Positions 1-8,956 of a DNA stretch of 64,000 bases are shown here, one piece after another. Below the pieces are notes generated by a model, which saw only the letters and a program-made list of their open reading frames with translations, did no database searches and was not told the origin of the DNA. Every line of letters begins with the position of its first letter. The first letter of the stretch is position 1. The stretch is from an uncultured Lachnospiraceae bacterium. GTDB lineage: Bacteria > Bacillota > Clostridia > Lachnospirales > Lachnospiraceae. Location: the NCBI GenBank assembly GCA_900314085.1, contig OMTX01000138.1:340-64339 (forward strand), given 5' to 3'. The position numbers and the translations under genes are program-made.

Positions 1-1943
1 GTATCGGAAACCGTGATGATTCGGGAGTTGGCCTGGAAGCCTCGCTGGGTCGTAATCATGTCCGTGAACTCCTGGGCCAGGTCGACGTTTGACATCTCAA
101 GCTGGCCGGTGCTCATGGAGCCGCCGTCCGCCGTGACGTCCACGCCGATGCCGTCGAAGTCTCCGGAGTTCAATGTGGTTCCGTAGCAGTTATTGCCGAG
201 GGACTCAAGACCGGAGGCGTTCGCAAACTGGGCTACAGCGATCTGTCCGAGGAGAACCGTGTTGCCATTGTCATAGGAGCCGAAGATCCGGCCGTTCTCG
301 GAAACGGAGACGCCGGTCAGGGCGCCGAGGGCTTTACCTGCACCGACGGTGGAGTCTGCTGCCGAGCCCCTGTCCGCGCCGATCGTGGACTGGCCGGCAT
401 TGTCGTAATTCAGTGTCTTCGAGAAGTCCATCGTAATGGTCTGGTTCGTCAGGCTGGGGAAGATGTCCTTTAAGGCATCGAGCTTGAAGGCTGCAAAGGC
501 GCTGCCCTCTTCCGCAAGTGTCGGAGCATCCGTAGCCGCTGCAGGCGTCTTTGAGGGGCCATAGGGATCGGTCGTACTGTCCGCATTGTTGTTGTCGATG
601 ACCTGCTTGAAGGTACCGTCATTGGGGTTGAACTGCAGGATGCAGGTCGTATCGTGGTAGGAAACCTGCAGGTTGCCGGTCAGGGGGTTGATGGTAACTC
701 TCTCCGCTGTCGGAAGAGGCTGCTTTGCATCGTCTGCAGTTGTTCCTACATATTTCGCACTGGAATCAGGGATGTTGCTGACGCTGTATATGTCGCTGAA
801 AGTAGCCTTAACCGTTTCACGGGTATTGCCGTTGGTATCCTGCTCAAATGCGTTGTTTGCCGGAGGGATGGACTCTCCGGAAGCCAGCTTGTAGAATGTG
901 ACATTTGTCTTGGGGGTCACGGTCGTGCCGCTGCCGTCCGCAGACGTCGTACCATCCGTAAAGCTTCCATCCTTAATCGGTTTGGAAACATAGGTCGTCA
1001 CGGTCGTGCCGCTCTTGACCGTATAGGTCAGGCAGCCGTTCGTAAGGCCGTAGCCGGACTGCAGGGTGTATTCGTCCTGGTTCCAGGAATCCGGATCGCC
1101 GAAGACCTTGTAGAGGCTGGTGGAATCTACATCGTTTCCATTATCATCTTTAATTGCATTACCGTTCGCATCCGTTGAAGGTGAAGAAGTGGAGTCAAGC
1201 CACTGCTTCAGGATGTCCTTCTGCTCGGAGTCATAGATATTTGTGAGCTTGACGGAATAGGTACCCTGGTTGGCATTGAGGGACTTGAGTACGAATCGGG
1301 CGGAATAGGAGTAACCCTCGGAATCATAGAAGCCCAGGGTGAAGGCCCGGCCGGACGTGGACTTGACATTCGAATCCTTCTTGTCGACAACGCCGGTGAC
1401 ATTGGCCTGGGTCGTAGCCTCAGGCTTGGATGTCATATTCTCAGCTGCCATGATGCGGAGGGGAGATACGGTATCCTTCTGGATGGTCCGGGAGCCGTCG
1501 TCATTGTCAACCGCCTGCCAGCCCCGAACGAGGTAGCCGGTCGTCGTCATGGCAAGGTCGCCGTTGCCGTCGAGGTAGAAGGAGCCGGCTCTTGTGAAGA
1601 GATTCTGGACGCCGTTGTTTACGATGAAGAAGTTCGTGGAGTTTGCGTCCGTGAGCTTGATATCGAGGGCATCGCCCGTGGACTGGGAAGATCCGCCGTT
1701 CGTGATGGAGATCTTCGTCGCGCCGACCGTGGTACCGAGACCGATCTGCTTGGCGTTCTTGCCGCCCTTGGTCTCCGTGGCGCCCGTCGCTGCCGACGTC
1801 GTCTGGTACATGATGTCCTCGAAGGAAACGGCCGAAGATTTGAAGGCGGTCGTGTTGACGTTCGCGATGTTGTTACCGATGACATCCATACGGGTCTGGT
1901 GGGTCTTAAGGCCCGCAACACCGGAATAGAGTGATCTCATCAT
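1..1943 (-). CDS. flgE: Flagellar hook protein FlgE (3' end runs off the left edge, about 10-15 aa missing)
   Basis: Minus-strand frame is open from ATG at 1943 (ggaggt SD upstream) to position 1, and is absent from the ORF track only because no stop lies in the window. N-terminus MMRSLYSGVAGLKTHQTRMDVIGNNIANVNTTAFK and the C-terminal stretch QLEMSNVDLAQEFTDMITTQRGFQANSRIITVSD are the conserved rod/hook termini. It follows flgD as in fla/che operons. Confidence 0.9.
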   Translation of the reverse strand, partial: MMRSLYSGVAGLKTHQTRMDVIGNNIANVNTTAFKSSAVSFEDIMYQTTSAATGATETKGGKNAKQIGLGTTVGATKISITNGGSSQSTGDALDIKLTDANSTNFFIVNNGVQNLFTRAGSFYLDGNGDLAMTTTGYLVRGWQAVDNDDGSRTIQKDTVSPLRIMAAENMTSKPEATTQANVTGVVDKKDSNVKSTSGRAFTLGFYDSEGYSYSARFVLKSLNANQGTYSVKLTNIYDSEQKDILKQWLDSTSSPSTDANGNAIKDDNGNDVDSTSLYKVFGDPDSWNQDEYTLQSGYGLTNGCLTYTVKSGTTVTTYVSKPIKDGSFTDGTTSADGSGTTVTPKTNVTFYKLASGESIPPANNAFEQDTNGNTRETVKATFSDIYSVSNIPDSSAKYVGTTADDAKQPLPTAERVTINPLTGNLQVSYHDTTCILQFNPNDGTFKQVIDNNNADSTTDPYGPSKTPAAATDAPTLAEEGSAFAAFKLDALKDIFPSLTNQTITMDFSKTLNYDNAGQSTIGADRGSAADSTVGAGKALGALTGVSVSENGRIFGSYDNGNTVLLGQIAVAQFANASGLESLGNNCYGTTLNSGDFDGIGVDVTADGGSMSTGQLEMSNVDLAQEFTDMITTQRGFQANSRIITVSD

Positions 1944-2128
1944 AAGGCAGGTACCTCCACAAATATAGTGTCTTCTGCAGCTGCTGCCGCATTCTTTTTT
2001 CCGTCCGTGGGGATTATCCTTTTCACATCCTTGTGATGAGGAGTCAGATACGAAGAAGAAAAACTATCTTACGTTATAATTTATCGGAGACGTTCCGGGA
2101 AATATTAGACTTGTCCCATAAAAAATCT

Positions 2129-2905
2129 TCAGGCGTTTTCTGTCTCGTCCATTGAAGGAGTTTCATCGGACGCTTTTTCAGTTTGCGGGCTTTCGTCCGT
2201 ATTTTTTTCCGTTCCGTCTTCGCCCTCATTCAGGGAATCGACGGTGCCGCCCTCCTGCTTGGCCTTGACGAGGGCCTCAACGCGGTTGTAGAGAGACTGA
2301 ACGACAGCCACCTTCTTCTCGTCGACGGACTTCTTCAGGTCGTCACTCATGGAATTGTAGAGGTCTGCAATCTCCTTGACCTGCTTCTCGTCGTTGACGG
2401 TCAGCTTGTCGAGGGAAGGAAGCTTGCTGTAAAGGTCTTCGAAGGAATTCAGCATATAATTATTGTGATAATATTCGGAATCCTCGACAGACGTGACTTT
2501 TGAAGCATCATAAAGCTTGCCGCCGATCGAGACCTTCTTCGTCCCGTCCACTTCCGTCACATAGTCGACAGGGCCCTCGTGTGTCGTTCCGTCTTCGTCC
2601 GTGACCTCGACGATTTTTCCGACGTAGTTCGATGCCCCCATGTCTTCCATGGTCTGCTGCATATTCTGCAATGACTCAACCTGGGAGAAGGTCGCCATTT
2701 CCTTCACATACTCGGAATTGTCCGTGGGCTCCATGGGATCCTGGTACTGCATCTCCGTGACCAGGAGCTTCAAGAACATGTCCTTGGTCTCGGAGGCCGT
2801 CTTCACCTCGCCCTTGGAGGTCGAAGTCTTCGAATTGTTCACATTGGAAGCGTTCTTGTCCTTGTTTACGACCTGCCCGTTCTGGATTTTCTCGACAAGT
2901 GACAT
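2129..2905 (-). CDS. flgD: Flagellar hook assembly/capping protein FlgD with a ~110-aa acidic C-terminal extension
   Basis: 258 aa. Contains FLKLLVTEMQYQDPMEPTDNSEYVKEMATFSQVESLQNM (FlgD N-terminal signature) and a beta-rich core (YVGKIVEVTDEDGTTHEGPVDYV). AAGGAG SD lies before the ATG. Sits between fliK and flgE. Confidence 0.85.
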   Translation of the reverse strand: MSLVEKIQNGQVVNKDKNASNVNNSKTSTSKGEVKTASETKDMFLKLLVTEMQYQDPMEPTDNSEYVKEMATFSQVESLQNMQQTMEDMGASNYVGKIVEVTDEDGTTHEGPVDYVTEVDGTKKVSIGGKLYDASKVTSVEDSEYYHNNYMLNSFEDLYSKLPSLDKLTVNDEKQVKEIADLYNSMSDDLKKSVDEKKVAVVQSLYNRVEALVKAKQEGGTVDSLNEGEDGTEKNTDESPQTEKASDETPSMDETENA

Positions 2906-2919
2906 ATTCTTTCTCCTTT

Positions 2920-2933
2920 ATGACTAATATAAA
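2920..2933 (-). promoter_or_regulatory. Instance 1 of recurrent motif TTTAYATTAGTCAT (sense to flgD, ends 14 nt before its ATG)
   Basis: Plus strand reads atgactaatataaa, so the coding strand reads tttatattagtcat followed by aaaggagaaagaatATG. Confidence 0.4.
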
Positions 2934-2953
2934 GCGTGAGCTCATCTGCCCAT

Positions 2954-4747
2954 TCAGGCATTAATGGAAATGGTGTTCCCCTGTTCCTTCATGATCTGTG
3001 CCGCCAGCCGCTCATCCTCCGAGAGATTGGAAAGACCTTCCTGATCAAGGGATCGCATGTCGATATTCCCGATCCGGCCGTTACCCCGCCGGCCTTCTTC
3101 TTCGTTGCGGAAAGTACCGCTGTTTCCGCCTTCGGCTCCGGCCATGTCCGCTGCCTGCCCCTCTTCGAGATTCCGCTCGAACTGGTGGGCATCGGCTGTG
3201 ACGGTGACCTCATTTACCTTGATGCCCTGGGCCTCGAGGTTCTGTTTCAGGATGCCCATCTGGGTTTCCATGGCCGTGCGGACATTTTCATTTTCGAGGG
3301 TGACATGGGCGTTGACCTGCCCCTCTTCCGAGGTCACCCGGATGGACATCTTGCCGAGATTTTCCGGATTGAGCTGCAGTTCCATCGTCGTAGCCCTCTC
3401 CGTGATGGCTGTCCGGATGCCGGTAGCCATCTGGTTCAGGATGTCCCGGGTGTCGATATTCTGCTGCGTAGTGTAGGATACAGGAACCTCAGGCGTTTCC
3501 GCCCGCATCTCTGCAACGGGCGTCTGTGGCTGCTGGTTCATGTTCAGGGCATTCTGGTGGTTCTCGTTTGCCCCGGTCTGGGCGCCCTGGTTCTGAGTAT
3601 TCTGGGAAGCAGAGGCCTTTACGGTATTGTCCGCTCCCATATCCTTTGTCGCAGTGAAGCTGTCGTCAGAAAGGTCGGCAAGGTTGTCCGTTGTGTCAGT
3701 CGTCTTTTCTTCTGCCGCAGGAGCCGTCAATTCGACGGTTTCTTCCGCAGAAACCGTGTCCTCTGTAAGGGCTGCTGCATCATCGGTTTCAGCAGCGGCC
3801 GTTTCCTCAGCCGCCTGTGTATCCGCAGTATCCGAAAGAATCTCCGTCATCTCATCAGAGGATGCCGCTGCTGCCGGATCTGCTGTAGCAGCAGTTCCTG
3901 CATTGTCAGAGGCAGCCGGCGTTATATCAGATGCTGCCGTATGCGTCTGAGCCGTATTCACATCAGCTGCCTGCTTTCCGGCAGTTTCATCCGTATCGGA
4001 AAGGTTGAGATTGATTTCTTCCGACCCGTCCGCAGGCGTCAGGTCCGAAATGTCGATGCCGTTTTCCTTTGCCTCTGTCAGCATGCCGTCGATAGCGGTA
4101 AGCTGCTGCATGGAAAGGCCGGTCGTCTGAAAAAGATCCTGAGCCAGGTCGTTGATGGAATTTTTGATGTCGGAAAAATTCTGCAGAGAAAGGAGGCTGG
4201 CCGCGTCGAAGTCGTTTCCGAGAAGCTGCATCATGAGCTTGGCCAGGGCATTCGTGTCCGTGAGGTCCAGGTAGGAAAGACCGAGATCTTCCATGGCTGC
4301 CTCTATATCCTCGTCCGTGACGCCGAGTTCCTTTTTCAGGACGTCGTTGATGCCTGTCTTGAAGTCATCGAGAGCTTTTGAGACTCTGCCCAGGTCGTCC
4401 TTTGAAAGCGTCACCGGGCTGTCAGTTCCCGCTGCATTCGAAGCGTTCGCGGAAGACGTATTTTTTATAATATTCTGATTGGAAAGAGAAACGCCCTGCC
4501 CCTTCGCACTAATGGAGAAGACCTCCGCCCGGACGGTCCGGGAAGAAGCTGTCACGGAAACGGTACTGCCCGCCTGCTTTGCGCTGATTTCCTGTACAGA
4601 CGTGGAAATCTTCGCAGTCATCACCATCGTGAAGTCAGCGTTTTCGTCGTCCGGTGCCTTGCTGCGCAGGGGCTTATAATTCGTGCCTGCCGCAGGCATA
4701 TTCATAGAGGGAGTATTCAGAGTTGAAAGGATATCTGTTCCGGTCAT
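2954..4747 (-). CDS. fliK: Flagellar hook-length control protein FliK
   Basis: 597 aa. Low-complexity Ala/Thr/Asp-rich centre. The C-terminal ELQLNPENLGKMSIRVTSEEGQVNAHVTLENENVRTAMETQMGILKQNLEAQGIKVNEVTV matches the FliK (Flg_hook) C-terminal domain. Occupies the syntenic slot before flgD. Confidence 0.8.
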   Translation of the reverse strand: MTGTDILSTLNTPSMNMPAAGTNYKPLRSKAPDDENADFTMVMTAKISTSVQEISAKQAGSTVSVTASSRTVRAEVFSISAKGQGVSLSNQNIIKNTSSANASNAAGTDSPVTLSKDDLGRVSKALDDFKTGINDVLKKELGVTDEDIEAAMEDLGLSYLDLTDTNALAKLMMQLLGNDFDAASLLSLQNFSDIKNSINDLAQDLFQTTGLSMQQLTAIDGMLTEAKENGIDISDLTPADGSEEINLNLSDTDETAGKQAADVNTAQTHTAASDITPAASDNAGTAATADPAAAASSDEMTEILSDTADTQAAEETAAAETDDAAALTEDTVSAEETVELTAPAAEEKTTDTTDNLADLSDDSFTATKDMGADNTVKASASQNTQNQGAQTGANENHQNALNMNQQPQTPVAEMRAETPEVPVSYTTQQNIDTRDILNQMATGIRTAITERATTMELQLNPENLGKMSIRVTSEEGQVNAHVTLENENVRTAMETQMGILKQNLEAQGIKVNEVTVTADAHQFERNLEEGQAADMAGAEGGNSGTFRNEEEGRRGNGRIGNIDMRSLDQEGLSNLSEDERLAAQIMKEQGNTISINA

Positions 4748-4913
4748 GGCAAAAGCCTTTCAAAGTTGCCGTTCTGCCATCCCTTGCAGATTCCCCGCAG
4801 TCCTTTGCGGGAGTGATATGAGGAAGCCTGTTTCACCTTTCTCTGGAATTTTTATCGGACACCCGGTCAAAAGACTTTAGGATGATCCGGAAATTTCTCT
4901 GCCGTCTTTTTTT

Positions 4914-4950
4914 GCAAAAAACGCTGCCCCTGAAAAATCAGAGGCAGCGC
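4914..4950 (-). terminator. Intrinsic-terminator-like hairpin inside the flagellar operon (after the ylxF-like gene, before fliK)
   Basis: Minus strand reads gcgctgcctctg-atttttc-aggggcagcg followed by ttttttgc. The stem is 10-12 bp and GC-rich with a U-run. Confidence 0.4.
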
Positions 4951-4954
4951 AAAT

Positions 4955-5782
4955 TCACTTGGGATTCATGATTTCCGTCACCTTGGCCGCTGTATCGGCG
5001 TTCATCGCCCCGAGAATGGCGCCGCGGTTGCTTGCCGACATGGCGTTCAGAATTTTTGCGACCAGGTTCAGATTGTCCGTCATCGTGTCAAAGATGCCGG
5101 CCGCTTGGCTCGCCTTCATCGAAGAATAGGTCTTCGCATAGTCCTGGATCTTCGAATCCGCCTCGTCCTGCTGGACGACCTGCTTGTAGATGGCCTCGGC
5201 GTTGTCCGGCTCAATCTCCTCATAGTACTGGCGGTAAGCGGACGTATCCGGGGCATTGTCCGAGTAGACGATGTCCTCGTAGAACTGCTGCTTCTCCTGC
5301 TCGAACTTGGCCTCGTTCTGCTTGTAGGTCTGCAGTTCCGCCGCCTGGGCCTGAAGATCCGCCAGCGTCGCGGCATCTGTCGTTGACTGGTCCTGGGCTG
5401 CTTTGAGCTGGGCCTCGAGTTCCTTGATTCGGGCGACGGCCTGGTCCATGGTGGCAAACTGATAGGCGGAGTCCTCCTGGGCATAGTCGTCCTTCACATC
5501 AGGAAGGATCTTGTTCAGATAGGGGACGTTCTTCAGAATGGGATACATGACGGTGGACCCGAATCCGCCCACATCGGTTTTTATGAGTAATGCAAAGATC
5601 GCAAGCCAGATGATGACAACAAGGATGGCAACAAGAGCCACGACAAGGCCGCCGCCCTTCTTGTCCTCGTCTTCATCAGGCTCCTCGTCCTTACCCTTCT
5701 TTCCCTTGGTATCCTTCTTGCCCTTGGCGTCAGCTTTCGCCTTTTCGTCTTTTGCGGGCTTCTTTGCTTCTTCGTCTGCCAT
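4955..5782 (-). CDS. Flagellar-operon protein with MgtE_N-like C-terminal domain (YlxF/FlbB/MotE-like)
   Basis: 275 aa. Lys/Glu-rich N-terminus, one TM helix (LVVALVAILVVIIWLAIFALLI), a coiled coil, and a C-terminus AAGIFDTMTDNLNLVAKILNAMSASNRGAILGAMNADTAAKVTEIM. Same slot as B. subtilis ylxF between fliJ and fliK. Confidence 0.6.
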   Translation of the reverse strand: MADEEAKKPAKDEKAKADAKGKKDTKGKKGKDEEPDEDEDKKGGGLVVALVAILVVIIWLAIFALLIKTDVGGFGSTVMYPILKNVPYLNKILPDVKDDYAQEDSAYQFATMDQAVARIKELEAQLKAAQDQSTTDAATLADLQAQAAELQTYKQNEAKFEQEKQQFYEDIVYSDNAPDTSAYRQYYEEIEPDNAEAIYKQVVQQDEADSKIQDYAKTYSSMKASQAAGIFDTMTDNLNLVAKILNAMSASNRGAILGAMNADTAAKVTEIMNPK

Positions 5783-5923
5783 CGTACTTCTCCGATCTGC
5801 CGGATTGTTTCAATACACTGCGGTCCCGGACAGGACCGGAATCTGTATATATTCGTCTCTGTATGCGCACCGGACACACGCTGCCGTAACACCTGGCTTT
5901 CTTATGTGCCCGTGTACTTCAGC

Positions 5924-6376
5924 TCATTCTTCTTCAGGAGGAATTGAATGAGTATAGGATGTGAGCTGGTCGATTTCCTTGACCTCTTCTGCCTTCAGGT
6001 CCTGCTTGAAGACCTCGAAGGCCTTCTCCCGGAGCTTTTCGTGCGTCTTCCGGTCCTTCATGACTTCGTCGAGCTTTGCCCTCTCGATGTCGAGGGCCTT
6101 CTCAGCCTTCCGCACATTCATCATCTGATCGCGGATCAGGGACTTCATTGCGTTGATGGAGTTTCTCGCCTGGTTGATGCGCTTCAGGTCAATCACCCCG
6201 TGCATCATCTCCTCGAGCTGCTTTTCATAGGAGGCCCGACGTACATAGAGGGCCGTCAGCTTGTCCTGCTCCGCCTTTAAGGCATTCGCCGCCATCGTAT
6301 AGGCAATCTTCTCCTGGTCCTCCATCTTCCGCTTGAGTTCCAGAATATTCTGCATGCGGTAAACGAATTTTGCCAA
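5924..6376 (-). CDS. fliJ: Flagellar export chaperone/stalk protein FliJ
   Basis: 150-aa all-coiled-coil protein. TTG start with AGGTGA SD 6 nt upstream. Located directly after fliI. Confidence 0.7.
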   Translation of the reverse strand: MAKFVYRMQNILELKRKMEDQEKIAYTMAANALKAEQDKLTALYVRRASYEKQLEEMMHGVIDLKRINQARNSINAMKSLIRDQMMNVRKAEKALDIERAKLDEVMKDRKTHEKLREKAFEVFKQDLKAEEVKEIDQLTSYTHSIPPEEE

Positions 6377-6504
6377 GATGCGTCACCTGCCTTAGGAAGC
6401 GGCCTGCCTATTGGGGAACGATACACGATTTCAAAGCAAGCATCCACCAAACCACGGACGGCGGACGGGCTCACTGCGGCGTTTCACTGCAAACTTCCAC
6501 CATA

Positions 6505-7830
6505 CTATGAGGCTTCCTGCTTGCTTTCCTCTTCCGGGAACATGTCCTCCAGCTGCTGCACCTCGTCCTCGAAACTGAACTTGTCGTGGGTGGCCTGCAG
6601 GAGGAAGTCGTTCACCTGGTCAATCTTTGAAATGGCGAAGTCAATATTTTTGTTCGAGCCCTTCTTGTAGGCGCCGATATTGATGAGGTCTTCTGCTTCA
6701 TTGTAGGTGGCCATGACATTCTTTAGCTTGCCGGCCGCCTTCTTGTGTTTGCTGTCTGCAACCGCCGACATAACTCGGGAAATGGAGGCCAGGACGTCGA
6801 CTGCCGGGTAGTGGTTCTTCTGAGCCAGGGCCCGGTTTAAAACGATGTGGCCGTCCAGGATGGACCGGGCGGTATCCGTGATGGGCTCGTTGAAGTCATC
6901 GCCGTCTACAAGAACCGTGTAAAGGCCGGTAATGGAGCCTTCCGCCGCATTGCCGGCCCGCTCTAAGAGCCGGGGAAGTTCAGCATAGATGGAAGGCGGA
7001 TAGCCGCGCGTCACGGGCGGTTCCCCGGAAGCGAGACCGATTTCCCGCTGGGCCATGCAGAAACGCGTCAGGGAGTCCATCATGAGAAGCACATCCTTGC
7101 CCTGGTCGCGGAAGTACTCGGCGATGGCGGTTGCAGTCAGAGCCGCCTTCTTTCGAATCAAAGCCGGCTTATCGGACGTCGCAATGACAACCACCGACCG
7201 CTTCATGCCCTCGGGGCCTATATCGTGCTCTACGAATTCCCGTACCTCACGGCCGCGCTCGCCGATCAGAGCCATGACCGTGATGTCGGCCCTGGTGTTT
7301 CTCGTAAACATGCCCATCAGCGTTGACTTGCCGACGCCGGAACCTGCGAAGATGCCGATACGCTGGCCTTTTCCGACCGTGATCAGGCCGTCGACGGCTT
7401 TCACTCCGAGGGGCAGGGGATCTGAAATGATGACTCGGGACATGGGGTCGGGAGGATCCGCTTCTGCAGGATAATATTCGTCGAACTCTATCTTTTCATC
7501 CGTATCCGTGGGATTGCCGAGGCCGTCGACCGTATGGCCTAAAAGCTTCTCCCCGACAGGTATCATCAGGGGCTTTCCCGTGTTTTCCACGACGCAGCCG
7601 ATCTTGATGCCTTCGACTGCATCGTAGGGCATGAGGATGAGCCGCTTGTCTTTAAAGCCCACGACCTCCGCCATGACGTAGTTTCCATCGTCGAGGTAAA
7701 TCTTGCAGAGGTCCTTCAGCTTGGCATCCGGGCCCAGGGACTCGATCGTCAGCCCGACTGCCTTCATTACCTTGCCCAAGTGGTCGAAGTGGGTTGTCTG
7801 CAGGACTGAATAATATTTTGTCGTATCCAT
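6505..7830 (-). CDS. fliI: Flagellum-specific ATP synthase FliI
   Basis: Walker A GSGVGKST, Walker B LLMMDSLTR, F1/T3SS-ATPase fold throughout. Start placed at ATG 7830 (GAAGGAG 9 nt upstream) rather than the longest-ORF start at 7881. Confidence 0.95.
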   Translation of the reverse strand: MDTTKYYSVLQTTHFDHLGKVMKAVGLTIESLGPDAKLKDLCKIYLDDGNYVMAEVVGFKDKRLILMPYDAVEGIKIGCVVENTGKPLMIPVGEKLLGHTVDGLGNPTDTDEKIEFDEYYPAEADPPDPMSRVIISDPLPLGVKAVDGLITVGKGQRIGIFAGSGVGKSTLMGMFTRNTRADITVMALIGERGREVREFVEHDIGPEGMKRSVVVIATSDKPALIRKKAALTATAIAEYFRDQGKDVLLMMDSLTRFCMAQREIGLASGEPPVTRGYPPSIYAELPRLLERAGNAAEGSITGLYTVLVDGDDFNEPITDTARSILDGHIVLNRALAQKNHYPAVDVLASISRVMSAVADSKHKKAAGKLKNVMATYNEAEDLINIGAYKKGSNKNIDFAISKIDQVNDFLLQATHDKFSFEDEVQQLEDMFPEEESKQEAS

Positions 7831-7948
7831 CTGAATCATCTCCTTCTCAACCCATTGGCAAAACCATGATGCAAAAACCATGTTTCATGGTCGGGCGTCA
7901 ATTGCAAATACTGTGATGCCTGACCGGCATGGCTCCTAAAAAAACAGG

Positions 7949-8956
7949 TCATTGAAGCGAAAGCTCTTTCAGTTCCTTCACGATGGACTTGAGCTCCGTG
8001 TCGATACTGCAGTCATAGATGCCCCCGTCCGTTTCGATCAGGCACTTGCCCTCTTCGAGGGTGGGATCCATGATGATGTCGACGGTCGCATCCTCCCCGA
8101 CCTTTGCCCGGAGGGCGTCCGTTTCGGCGGAAAGGTCCTCGTACTGGCTCTGGGCCACATGAATGAGAAAGGTCCGGGAGTTTTCGATATTGAGGAGAGC
8201 ATTCTCGATGACGTGCATGAGAACATCCTTGCGGTCGCTCAATTCTATCCGGAAGTACTTCGCCATGACGTCGGAAATGGTAGCCACGAGATCCTTTTCC
8301 ATGGAGGCAGCCTTCTCGTCGTAGTCTGCCTGCAGGGCTCTTTCCTCATCTTCAAGAGCCTGCCGCTGCTGATCAAGTTCTGCCATGGCTTCGTCATGCC
8401 CGGCATTGTAGCCGGCCTGCCGGCCCTCTTCCTCCGCCCGGCTTTTCAGGGCATCTGCCTGAGACTGGGCATCGGCAAGGATATCATCCGCCTGCGACTG
8501 TGCTTCCTGTACGAGACGTTCGGCCTCGGCATGGGCCTCGGCCAGGAGCTCGTCCGGATCCGGGGCTTCCTCTGCCGGCTCGGCACCGGCCTCGCCTTCC
8601 ACGTCCCCGATTCCTTCCCCAAAGCCCTCTTCTGCCTCCCCGGAAGCGATTTCCGCCGGTGCGTCAAGGATGGGAACCCCGTCCTCGGACAGCGAAAAAA
8701 GAGGATTCCCTTGGGAGTCCTCCGGTATGACGATATTTCCTGCTTCATCCCTGGGGTAGACGATATTTCCGTCATCGTCGGTCTGAAGCGCCCGCTTGTA
8801 CTGCTCGAGCTTCAGGGACCTTTCTTCGTAGATCCGCTTCACGGCCAGCTCCGCATAGCGGTCGATGGCCGCCTGCATGCGGTCGTTTGAATTGATGACG
8901 GCAGAATCGTCTGCGTCTTCATTTACCGCATAGTATTTGATAATACGCTCAGACAA
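7949..8956 (-). CDS. fliH: Flagellar assembly protein FliH
   Basis: 335 aa. Acidic coiled-coil N-half (AEAHAEAERLVQEAQSQADDILADAQSQADALKSRAEEEG) and a FliH-type C-terminal domain. TTG start overlaps the fliG stop with GGAGGTGA 8 nt upstream. Lies between fliG and fliI. Confidence 0.75.
   Translation of the reverse strand: MSERIIKYYAVNEDADDSAVINSNDRMQAAIDRYAELAVKRIYEERSLKLEQYKRALQTDDDGNIVYPRDEAGNIVIPEDSQGNPLFSLSEDGVPILDAPAEIASGEAEEGFGEGIGDVEGEAGAEPAEEAPDPDELLAEAHAEAERLVQEAQSQADDILADAQSQADALKSRAEEEGRQAGYNAGHDEAMAELDQQRQALEDEERALQADYDEKAASMEKDLVATISDVMAKYFRIELSDRKDVLMHVIENALLNIENSRTFLIHVAQSQYEDLSAETDALRAKVGEDATVDIIMDPTLEEGKCLIETDGGIYDCSIDTELKSIVKELKELSLQ

Noticed and set aside
2920-2964. Reading the recurrent ATGACTAAT motif as start codons of tiny antisense ORFs (MTNIK.., MTNVK.., MTNLK.. 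at 2920, 13305, 39417, 44777 and complement 53703)
   Set aside because: None has an SD. The peptides (14 to ~55 aa) share nothing beyond the first five residues, which are dictated by the DNA motif itself, and they end at random stops.
2936-4381. Long antisense ORFs opposite real genes. This one is opposite fliK. The same applies to 15301-16554 (topA), 17409-18461 (comM), 28148-29545, 39482-40732, 49958-51028, 52493-53527 and 59404-60915.
   Set aside because: Each lies fully inside a gene with strong homology or motifs on the other strand. Their translations are low-complexity Arg/Leu/Gly-rich, and they lack SD sequences.
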